DNA from: Vicugna vicugna
Lineage: Eukaryota
NCBI GenBank assembly: GCA_013265495.1
Contig: MU063252.1
Span: 2,542,001-2,606,000, forward strand
DNA: 64,000 nt
Direction of reading: 5' to 3'
Shown here: one piece after another, positions 46,676 to 55,660 of the stretch
How positions within the stretch are numbered: position 1 is the stretch's first letter
Layout: each line of letters opens with the position of its first letter
Translations under genes and position numbers: made by a program
The notes under the pieces: model-generated
The model's input: only the letters and a program-made list of their open reading frames with translations
The model's database searches: none
What the model was told of the DNA's origin: nothing

Positions 46676-46914
46676 CTGCGGAAAGACGAGGGGGTGGCGC
46701 GCGGGGGCCGGCTCAGTTCCGGCCTAGGCTGGGACCCGCCCCCCCGGGGTGGAATGGGGAACATGGCGGTGTGGATATGGAAAGGAAAGGGGTCGGGTGG
46801 CATTGGGTGGCAATGCAATGCGTGGGGAGGCCGCGGGTCCCAGGGTTGGGGATGGGATAGGGGCGGGGCGGTGAGATAGGGTGGGCGTGAGGAGGAGAGA
46901 GGGGGAAGGGAAGG

Positions 46915-47111
46915 NNNNNNNNNNNNNNNNNNNNNNNNNNNNNNNNNNNNNNNNNNNNNNNNNNNNNNNNNNNNNNNNNNNNNNNNNNNNNNNNNNNNNN
47001 NNNNNNNNNNNNNNNNNNNNNNNNNNNNNNNNNNNNNNNNNNNNNNNNNNNNNNNNNNNNNNNNNNNNNNNNNNNNNNNNNNNNNNNNNNNNNNNNNNNN
47101 NNNNNNNNNNN
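46915..47111. other. N gap (197 nt). Other gaps: 2577-2725, 24122-24252, 28026-28180, 37347-37478, 37838-37967
   Basis: Runs of N of 130-197 nt, mostly within repeats or GC-rich sequence; consistent with scaffold gaps in a short-read assembly. Confidence 0.85.
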
Positions 47112-47160
47112 GCGGGGTGCCCGGGGTGTTGCTCAGGCCGGCCACGGCGCCGGGGGAGCT
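47112..47160 (-). CDS. SSBP4: SSBP4 exon 17, visible 5' part (SSPGAVAGLSNTPGTP...); the rest lies in gap 46915-47111
   Basis: ccccag|AGC TCC CCC GGC...; runs into the N gap. Confidence 0.88.
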
Positions 47161-47265
47161 CTGGGGGCGGCCGCCGTGAGCGCGGAGCGCCCCGCCGCCC
47201 AACCCGGACTAGGCCTCTCCACGCGGGCCCGCCCCCCGCCCCGCGCCGGAGAGCGGCCCCCTCAC

Positions 47266-47294
47266 CTTCGGCAACCCGTCCAGATCGCCCGAGC
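47266..47294 (-). CDS. SSBP4: SSBP4 exon 16 (29 nt; SGDLDGLPK)
   Basis: ccgcag|GC...AAG|gtgagg. Confidence 0.92.
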
Positions 47295-47678
47295 CTGCGG
47301 ACCGACAGAAAGCGGACACGCGGCTCAGACGCGCCGGCGCCACGGAGCCGGCTACACCAACCCCCTTCCCGAGGCCGCGCACCCTCCCTTGGCCCAGTCC
47401 ACTGGGGCGCCGCTGGGGGTTCCGGGCGGAGGGCCCAGACTGAGGGTTGGGGGTGGTCAGTACAGGCAGTCTGGCCTCCCCACTATTTCGTTACTGGACC
47501 CTCCTCCTCCCAGCGCAACCCAAGTTACTGGGCTGCCCAGGGAGCTCAGGGTGCGCCCCCAATGCCCGCACGGCACACAGGCGGAGGGGCTGGAAGCCGC
47601 CAGGGGGCGCACGTGGCTCGCGAAGCAGCGGGTGGGGGTAGGGGTGGGGGGTGTGTCCATCTAGGGACACCCACTCAC

Positions 47679-47757
47679 CCAGGGATCCGTTGACATGGTG
47701 AGGCTCCATCGCACTCATGGCGGCCATGGGGCCCTCCGGACCAGGGCCGAGAGGGAA
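47679..47757 (-). CDS. SSBP4: SSBP4 exon 15 (79 nt; FPLGPGPEGPMAAMSAMEPHHVNGSL)
   Basis: ctacag|TTC...CTGG|gtgagt. Confidence 0.94.
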
Positions 47758-47850
47758 CTGTAGGCATAGGGGCAGCGTGGGACTAGGGCCACCATCTCCC
47801 ATCCCTCACCCTAGGGGTCATCGCCTCCCACCCAGAAAGTCCCCACTTAC

Positions 47851-47921
47851 ATTAGCCCTGCCGGCCCCCGGCCCGATGGGGTTCATGATGGTGTACATGT
47901 TCTCACTGGAGTTGGTGGAGT
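47851..47921 (-). CDS. SSBP4: SSBP4 exon 14 (71 nt; STNSSENMYTIMNPIGPGAGRAN)
   Basis: ccccag|AC...AAT|gtaagt. Confidence 0.94.
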
Positions 47922-48004
47922 CTGGGGCGGCACATGAAGGGGGTGGGGTGTGAGGGGGCCTCATTAGAGAACACCCCTCCCTATGCCCGGCCAGACCATC
48001 GTAC

Positions 48005-48059
48005 CTCCAGGGCTGGGCATGATGGGTGTGCCAGGAGGCCCACCTCCTCCTGGGGGTCC
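48005..48059 (-). CDS. SSBP4: SSBP4 exon 13 (55 nt; GPPGGGGPPGTPIMPSPG)
   Basis: gtgcag|GGA...G|gtacga. Confidence 0.93.
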
Positions 48060-48159
48060 CTGCACACAGAGGGAGACAGAGAAGGTGAGAAAGGCTCCCC
48101 ATCTGCCACCCCACAATCCCTGTCCCCAGGTCGAGTTGCCCAGTGTTGGCCTCACTCAC

Positions 48160-48195
48160 CGAGTAGCTGCCAGGGGAGGAGGAGGAGTAGGGGAT
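48160..48195 (-). CDS. SSBP4: SSBP4 exon 12 (36 nt; IPYSSSSPGSYS)
   Basis: ccccag|ATC...TCG|gtgagt. Confidence 0.93.
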
Positions 48196-48275
48196 CTGGG
48201 GAGAGGAGCAGCTGTGAGCAGTTGCCCCATACCACAGCACATTCTCCTAACCACCCACCCCATCCCAACACTCAC

Positions 48276-48321
48276 CGAGTTGCCACTGGGGCTGGCCCAC
48301 GGGCCACGCACCCCGGGTCCC
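48276..48321 (-). CDS. SSBP4: SSBP4 exon 11 (46 nt; GPGVRGPWASPSGNS)
   Basis: ttccag|G...TCG|gtgagt. Confidence 0.93.
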
Positions 48322-48611
48322 CTGGAAGAGACAGTGGTAGACCCTGGGTCTTAAGCCAGGCAGTACACCCCCCAACCCCATGCCCCTAGAGCAGATGTTG
48401 GCTGAGAAGTAACCATGTAGGGATTCCAGGCCTGCCTTCAAATCCCAACCCATCACTCACTGGCCTCTGAGCCTTAGTCTCTCCACCCAAGAGTGGAGTA
48501 AACAATATCCGGGGCTGTTGTTGGCTTTTGGGTCTGCCCCAGCATACCCAGCCCAGGAAGCTGGGTGATGGCTCACGTGGGTACACCCCCAAGGGTCCCT
48601 GAGGGCCTTAC

Positions 48612-48679
48612 ATGCTCATGGTGGGCAAACCCGGGCCAGCAAGAGAGTTGGGTGGGGGCCGCATGCCACCTCCGTAGCT
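48612..48679 (-). CDS. SSBP4: SSBP4 exon 10 (68 nt; SYGGGMRPPPNSLAGPGLPTMS)
   Basis: tcacag|AGC...AT|gtaagg. Confidence 0.93.
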
Positions 48680-48761
48680 CTGTGAAGGCACAAGGGCTGT
48701 GAGTGACGGCCAAGAGAGGGCAGCCCCTCAAGCTCCCCTTCCCCCTGGACCCTGCTCTTAC

Positions 48762-48829
48762 CTGGGGCCCAACGCTGGTCATGCCCCGTGGAGGTGTCAC
48801 CCTCTGCAGTGGGCCCATGCTCGAGTGCC
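48762..48829 (-). CDS. SSBP4: SSBP4 exon 9 (68 nt; HSSMGPLQRVTPPRGMTSVGPQ)
   Basis: cctcag|GG...CAG|gtaaga. Confidence 0.93.
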
Positions 48830-48981
48830 CTGAGGACAGAAGGAGGGCTCAGGCTGGGCCCATTCCCATGTGAACATGCACTGTGGTGGTGGGGGGTGTT
48901 CCTGTGCAGTGAGGCAGCAGGAAACTGGAACTGGGGTCCTGATGGGTTTGGGGGGACAGCAGCTGGAGCTTCCCTACTCAC

Positions 48982-49051
48982 CCTGAGCACGCGGGGAGGG
49001 GTCCATGGTGCCAGGGAGGAGGGGCTGGGAGCCAGGGAGGCCCACGGGAGG
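48982..49051 (-). CDS. SSBP4: SSBP4 exon 8 (70 nt; PPVGLPGSQPLLPGTMDPSPRAQ)
   Basis: ctgcag|CCT...CAGG|gtgagt. Confidence 0.93.
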
Positions 49052-49136
49052 CTGCAGAGGGGACGTGACAGCATTAAGTGTGGGTGCCCCTACTCTGGCC
49101 CAACTCCTGCCCACCCTCCCCTCATCCCTCTCTCAC

Positions 49137-49196
49137 CTGACTCGGCATCCGCAGGGTGGGCCGGGGGCCCCCTGGGAACCGCGGTGACATGAAGGG
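49137..49196 (-). CDS. SSBP4: SSBP4 exon 7 (60 nt; [20 protein letters not shown])
   Basis: ttccag|CCC...CAG|gtgaga. Confidence 0.94.
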
Positions 49197-49418
49197 CTGG
49201 AAGAGGTGGGCCGGAGATCAGCACCTCCCCCCACCTGCTCACCCTCCAAAGCTACCCAGTTCCTGCTATGCCCAGTCCCCTAGCCTGGATACCCCTTGCT
49301 CCAGGACCAGCCAGTAAACCTCAGCCAGCTGGCACCTGGGTGTGTGGGAGCATGGGACAGCAATGGGACTGGGTGGGGCAGTGACTGTTTAAGGGGGAGG
49401 GACATCACAGGTCCTTAC

Positions 49419-49466
49419 CTGAATGTGAGGCCCTATCATAGGGGTGTTGGGGTTGTGGGGGGAAGG
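49419..49466 (-). CDS. SSBP4: SSBP4 exon 6, probably a cassette and apparently shortened to 48 nt (PSPHNPNTPMIGPHIQ)
   Basis: Strong donor CAG|gtaagg. The only usable in-frame AG is tcctcctggctcccag at 49467-49468. Homology to GPPGSQPSPHNPN extends 18 nt further upstream without an AG. Confidence 0.55.
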
Positions 49467-49915
49467 CTGGGAGCCAGGAGGACAGAACCATGTGGGTTGG
49501 TAAGAGTGAGGTCACCCGAAGCTCCACAGTTTGCTGTGGCTCTGCTGAGCCTGGCCAGGAAGGGGAGGGGACAGGAGACCGTGGAGGCGGGTGAGTAGGC
49601 CAACTAGCCCTGCCCCACAGCCTGGAGTGGGAAGTGTGGTCAGCCCTAAGGGTAGAGTCATGGGAAGGGTCATGGGCGGGACCCATGGCTCAGAGAGCCA
49701 CGTTCTGTGGCTGCTGGCACCCTGACACACACAGGTCAAGTGCACAAAGACCCTGCCCTCTCCTGCGCTAGGGCCCAGCCCATGCAGCCCCTCCCTTGCT
49801 GGTTCTACCAAGGCTGGCATGTGCACACCCACTCACCCTGGCAGAGCCCCTGCCTGTCACCCTACGGACACAAGCCCACCCAGGTCGGGGACAGGGACCC
49901 CAGCTCTGGTTGTAC

Positions 49916-50005
49916 CTGGAAGAAGCCGGGTGCCATGGGGCCTGATGCCATTGCATCATTGGGGGCCATGCTCCCCATCACTGGGCTGGGAGCCGCTGCA
50001 GCGCT
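49916..50005 (-). CDS. SSBP4: SSBP4 exon 5 (90 nt; SAAAAPSPVMGSMAPNDAMASGPMAPGFFQ)
   Basis: ctgcag|AGC...CAG|gtacaa. Confidence 0.93.
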
Positions 50006-51779
50006 CTGCAGGGGTTGGGGAGATGGCAAGAGCCAAGTCAGGTCACTCCCTGCCTGTGTCTCCTCTCCCCAAGCAGTCTGGCCCCAAGGAATGACGAACC
50101 CGAGCCATCTCTACTTAGGGGAGGATGTCTGGGCTCCAGGGGCACAGTGGATGGCAGGAGCTCTAGGTGAGGGAAGAGCCTCTGCCCCTGTCCCCACCCA
50201 GGTTTAGCAACCAGATGTGCTGGGTGGCCTTCAGCAAGGGCTCTGCCTCCTGTGGCACCTGAGACCCTGGAGGTGGTCAGAGCCCAGAATTGCTGAGCCC
50301 ACAGCCCAGGGAGGAGGCCAGGGATCCCAGTCCCCAGTTAGTCCCCAGCCGGAGGACTCTGGGGGTCTGAAAATGCCATCCACCCAGGACTCCAGCGTGT
50401 GCCTCATCCTTCTAACACAGGCTTGTTCTTTCGGTCTGAATCTAACTGCAGATGGGTGGAGGCACAGTCCCCCATTCCCTGCCCATCCCAACCAGCCAAG
50501 TCCTCCTGGCTAGCGAGGCAGCTTAGCTGGGCCCCCAAGACACCTCAAATAAACCGACAAAAAACAAAATCAATGGGCAGCTTCAAGATGAACCTCCCTC
50601 TCAGAGGGCTCTTCCTTGGAGCTACTGTGCAGACCACTTCCCCCTCCTCCTCCAGTAGGGAAGGGAAGGAAACAGAATTCTGGAGTGGGGTCTCCAAGCC
50701 CCCAACCTCTTTTCAGATGGAAGTGGAGAGACTGGGTGCTTGAGAGGGGAGTTCCTGTATCTGCCAGGGGCAGAGATGCTGGTGGCAGGCCCAGAGTTGG
50801 CATGGGGACAGCTGACAGGCCACTTCCTCTGGTCAGTTCCAAGTCCCAGGCTTGTCTGCCTGTGGGGCCCACAGAGCAGGGGGAAGGGGGTGGGTGGGAA
50901 TCTAGTCTGCAGGGCAGAGGGGACACATCCAAGGATAGGGAAGGGGAAGACACTGCAGGCACTGAGGAGAGAGCACTTCTCTTGGGGTCCCTTGACTCTT
51001 GTCTGTGCATCATCCCCCCTTCCCCTCCGAGGCCAGACCCCAAGAGGAAGGGGATGGTCTGTCTGGGTCACTGCCCCTGTCTGTGTCACACAGGGACACT
51101 CAGGAATTTGTGGGACTGCAGGCACTTGGGCTCAGAGGGGTTAAGCACTTTTCCCATGGTTACACAGCACATCTTGCCCTACAGGAGCAGGAAAGGGGCC
51201 CCTTGGCTGGGTCAGAGCAGGGCCCCTGGAGACACACCCCTCCCTTTGGGGGCCGTAGCCTGCCCTCCTTCCTGCTCCTTCTCAAAGGTCAGCCTCTAAA
51301 GGATTTCTGCCCTGGCCCCAAGCTGGGAGGGTATCAGTGGGAGCACTCCCAGGGCGCAGCACAAATCATTTGAAAGCCCAAGTGACCCTGTGTGTGGAGG
51401 GACAAAGCTCTCAGCCCCTCTCCAAACTGCTGAGTTACCCGAGCCGGGCCTCCACCTCACCTTGTCCCACAAACACAGCCCGATGGCCTAGAGCAGTTCT
51501 GCGTCTGCCTCAGTGACTGGAGGGGGGTCAGCTCTGAGCTCTGGGCCTGTCCAGCCGCCTCCACCTCATGCCTCATGGTGGGGGCAGGAGGGCAGCCCGG
51601 CTTTTTGAGCCACAGCAGGCGCCAGAGCATTTCCTGGTCAGGGAGGGCGGAGGTAGGGGTAGCTGCGCCCGACTCCCGACCATGAGGTGTGGAGGCGGGG
51701 AGAAAATAAGGCACCCCTCACCCCCTGCGGCTCCCCAACCCTTGAAGGGTTAATCCAGGGCAGGACAGCCCACCCTCCC

Positions 51780-52440
51780 GGGCAAGTGGCCCAAGCTGGA
51801 CCCCCCAAGTCAATCATCTACCCAGAGGCGCCAGCCCGGCCCCACGTTGCCAAGACAACGGGCTGGGTGCGCTTTAGTTTCCTGGCGACGCGGAGGTCGG
51901 CCCCCAGCCCAGAGGCGCTGATGGAGCCCGCCACCAAGGGCGGGAGGAGGACGCCCCTCACCCCGCCTGCCAGTCCCAGTTAGCACAGAGGCGGGGCAGA
52001 ACGTGCAGCGGCTGCAGCCTGAGGACACAGAGACCCTGCCACCCCAGGGCCTGGGTGCCACTCCCCTTCCCCTAACGCTGCGCCGCAGCCCTGGTAACCA
52101 GCGCGCGCCCCCGGGAAGCGCGCTCACTCCGGCGCGAGACCGCACAGCAAAGAAGACGACGCGGTTTGTGCTCCCTGGAGGAGCTAGGCTGGGGCAGGGG
52201 AGGGGCGAAGCCAGCGGCGGAGATGGAAGGGGGGACTGCAGCAGCCCGGAAGAGGGAACAGAGCCCAGGGGACCCTGGAGACGGGCAGCGAGGAGCTGGG
52301 GCTAGACTGGGGAGAGCCGGGCCCACGCGGAGTCACGCACGGACACAGCTCCGGACGTATCTATGGCCCCAGTTCTGGCGGGACCGCAACGTGAAGAGTG
52401 GGACCCGATGGGGACGACCAGCAGTGACCTCGGCGGCTCC
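51780..52440. promoter_or_regulatory. Intragenic CpG-rich island in SSBP4 intron 4
   Basis: Sharp local CpG enrichment (gcgcgccccc, aagcgcgctcactccggcgcgagaccgc); GC box GAGGCGGGGC at about 51989; X-box-like GTTGCCAAGACAAC at 51846-51859. Confidence 0.6.
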
Positions 52441-53473
52441 CATAAACGAGCATACAGCATGCATGGGGCGTCTTCAGGGACATGGTGAACCCCCAGACTT
52501 ATCCAGCTGCACCCTGGCCCTGTAGAGGTCTGCACCCCTGCACAGGGGGACCTCTCTGCTGGGAGGCAGTGAGTGGTGTGGGACCCTGGCCAACTGCAGA
52601 GAGAGAGAGGTGGGGACAGCGGAGACCTGGGAGGCCCAGAGGGGCACAGCAGGCGGATGACTCAGGATGTGAAGGCGCCAGCTGCAGGAGAGTGGGTGCA
52701 CAGGGAGGAGGGGGCTGGGCAGAGGGGTCTCCCCCGGAAGCCAGCTAAGCCACTGCTTCCCCCTCAGGCCCACAGCCCAGGGCTCCAGAGCCCTCCCTCA
52801 TCTGCTGGAGACCTCTCTGGGGCCAGGTGGCCAAAACCCCCAGGCCAGGGCGAAGAGGATAAAGGCAGGGGCCTGCCATCTGCTCCCCTATGACAACTAG
52901 GTGCCGCCTGCCCCCTCATGTTACCCACCCTCCTCTCCAGACAGGCCTCTGACTCCCACTCAGCCTGCAGGGAAAGAGGTGAAGCCGGCAGCCCCAGTCA
53001 CCAAGCAAGGTTGGGAGGTTTGCCAAGTGCTCCCGGGTGCATGGGCAGTTAGCCAACCCTCACCAGCCCTGCCTAGGCTCCCACCTCAGAAGGCTCAGAA
53101 AGGCTGGGGTGGGAGGGGACAAGCAGTAGTGGCCGCCCAGCCGGGTCCCACATACACAGAGCTGGGCAGACAGGGAGGCAGGAGCTGGGGTTCAGTCTTC
53201 CCCGGTTCCACATGGGGTTCAGTGAGGAGGAGCAAAGGAGAGGCTGACCTCAGGAGGGCTTGAGGTTTTGGGGGACCCTCAGGAGCTGGGTGCACTAGAA
53301 TGAGATACCCCCACCCTGTGAGTGACCCTGGACCAAATGAGGAGCAGAGGGACCCCACAGCCAGGCTGACCTGCCCACCCAAGCCAGCTTCAGGCCAGGC
53401 AGCCTCCCAAGGCCACAGGCCCCCCAACCCAGACCTAGAAGCCCTGGTCCCAGTCCCTGGGGTGGGGACTCAC

Positions 53474-53558
53474 ATAGTCCTGGAAGGCCTTGGCTTCACT
53501 CGAGTGCTCGCATGCCTCTCTGCGGTCAGGCGCTGCACAGTACAAGTCCCAGAACACG
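53474..53558 (-). CDS. SSBP4: SSBP4 exon 4 (85 nt; [28 protein letters not shown])
   Basis: ccacag|C...TAT|gtgagt. Confidence 0.96.
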
Positions 53559-53646
53559 CTGTGGGCGGCAGGGGGGGACGATGGTTTCCCCACTCGCCCC
53601 CACCCAGCCCCACTCCGTGGCCCGCCCGCACCAGCCTCACACGCAC

Positions 53647-53708
53647 CACCACCAGGAATGCAGGAAGCCCGGAGGCTCCCCCAGCGTAATGTTCTTCTCC
53701 CATCGGAT
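53647..53708 (-). CDS. SSBP4: SSBP4 exon 3 (62 nt; [20 protein letters not shown])
   Basis: ctgcag|ATC...TG|gtgcgt. Confidence 0.96.
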
Positions 53709-54092
53709 CTGCAGGGGAGAGGGAAGGAAGGTGAGGGGCTCGCTGCCTGGCCCTGTCTGACCCCTTCCCCTCCCAAGAGGCAGCCTCAGCCCAGCTCGGT
53801 GCCCAGGGAATACTGGGGCAGGAAACCAGGGGGTCAGAGCAAGGGAGCCAGGTCGGGAGCAACTTGGGGAGTCCAGGGGCAGAGAAGCGGCCGGCAGATC
53901 CTCGGATGGATGAACAGATGCCAGAACACCAGCCTGCGGGCCCTGACCCGTCCCAGCCCTCAGTTTCCAGGGCACAATCCGACCCCACCATTGGAGACCT
54001 GACAAAAATGGAGTAGGGAGGATCCCAGGGTGTGGGTGGTGAGGAGAGGCTGGCTGGTGGGGAGGGGGACCTGCCTGGCCGGGCCAGCTTAC

Positions 54093-54165
54093 CTCGGATA
54101 GAAAGGTCTGGGCTGACTTCTGGGCACCAACGTGCAGCAGGTACTCATATACGTACAGCGCCAAC
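54093..54165 (-). CDS. SSBP4: SSBP4 exon 2 (73 nt; [24 protein letters not shown], LisH)
   Basis: ctgcag|G...GAG|gtaagc. Confidence 0.96.
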
Positions 54166-55544
54166 CTGCAGGCAGGGGAGGGGGCTGGCTCAGGCTCTCA
54201 GGAGGCCTGGGGCAGCCCCAGAGCCCCTCCCTGAGGGTCCTTGGGAGGGGCTTTCCAGGGAGGCACCTGCTCTCCAGACCTACCTCCAGCCTCACATGCT
54301 TCCCCCATTGGTCTCCTGATTCCCCAGTTTCCCCCAGTCGCCCCTCAGAAAAGATGGCCTCCTCACCAGTTGCTCAGCCCAGTCAACACCTACACATCCA
54401 TCAACGCCCAGCCTGCAGGCCCCTGCTCTAGACAGCACTTCTAGCAGTGCCCAATCCCCCATTTCCAAGCCAAATTCTGCTCAGTTCAACATCCCCCAAA
54501 GGACCAAATCCTGGCTTCATCCTGCCAATGCTGAGACCCCAGAGCAGCCTTGATCCCAGGGAGGTCCTCTGCTTGGAGAAAGGGCCCCTGAGTGTCACTC
54601 TAGATTGTGCTCTGGGTGGGGTCTCCCAGCAGGCACCCTGGGCTATGTGGCCAGGCCCAGCACACTGCCAGCCTCCCTGCCGAGAAAGGAAAGGGTCCCT
54701 CTGACCTAAGGTCTTCGTCTTCCAGGTGTCCCCGGACCTCATCCTCTTCCTTAGGATCAGTTCCCATCCACCAGTGAGGCTATGACTTATTCATACCAGG
54801 TCCCCAGGGGAAGTTGGGGGAAGTGGAGGTAGGGCCAGCAGTGCCACTCAGCTGCTATGGCACCCCGTGGACCAAATGCCCACAGTGCTTGGTACCACCG
54901 GACACACCAACTTGGCTGCTGCCCACCCGAAGAACACAAGCCACCCTCCAACCAGCAGCACCATTCTCAGGTCACGCAAGGAGGCTAGACCATCCACACA
55001 GCTTTCCAGGCCTTTTCATCCTTAGACTCCACTCCACCCCCTCCCCATCTGTCTTCTATACCAGCCAGCAAAGGGACAACTTCTGCCCCTGGGGGGTCAT
55101 CCATTCTTCCCCATCCACCCACTCCACCAGCCCCTCCAGGCATCCCAGGGTCCTTCTACTGTCCAGCCAGGCCTCAGGTGGGCTGGGGGGTTCTGGATCC
55201 AAGACTGGGGGTCCCCCAAGGGCTGGCTTGAGGCTACTCTGGTGAAAGCTGGAGGCCCTTCCAGATGCCTTCCCACTCAGCTGGCCACTGGTTCCATCCT
55301 AAAATAACCTTGCTTTGACTCACTCTCCTGCTTTTCTCCCGCCCTTCCCACCTCGCCCTTCCCAGCTCAGCTGCTCAACCCTCACATCCCAGCCCCCCCT
55401 CAGCAGACCACCCCAACCCCCAGGTCAGACCTCACCCAGGCTGTTCCAGTCCTTTTCTCCTGCTTCCCCCATCCCCGCCACTCCCCCTCCATGGGTTCTG
55501 CCCTTGCCCTGGATCCTCTTCCTCCCTTCATTCATCTGTCTCTC

Positions 55545-55660
55545 CAGTCATTCATTCATTCAACAAACATGCACCCAGCACATCCTTGAATAGTGAGCAT
55601 AACAGACCCTGTCCCCCTGGAGGTCCTCTCACAGGGAGAGACAGAAGCAAAAATACAAAG
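55545..55660. mobile_element. L2 3' end fragment
   Basis: tcattcattcattcaacaaacat ... acagaccctgtccccctgg. Confidence 0.6.

Noticed and set aside
2577-47111. N runs and X-containing ORFs as hidden features
   Set aside because: No sequence information. Apart from those covering ELL exon 12, the ELL 3' UTR and SSBP4 exon 17, they lie inside repeats.
50570-51299. Overlapping 150-227 aa ORFs in SSBP4 intron 4
   Set aside because: Low-complexity G/P/R-rich translations on both strands with no recognisable domain; expected in GC-rich DNA.
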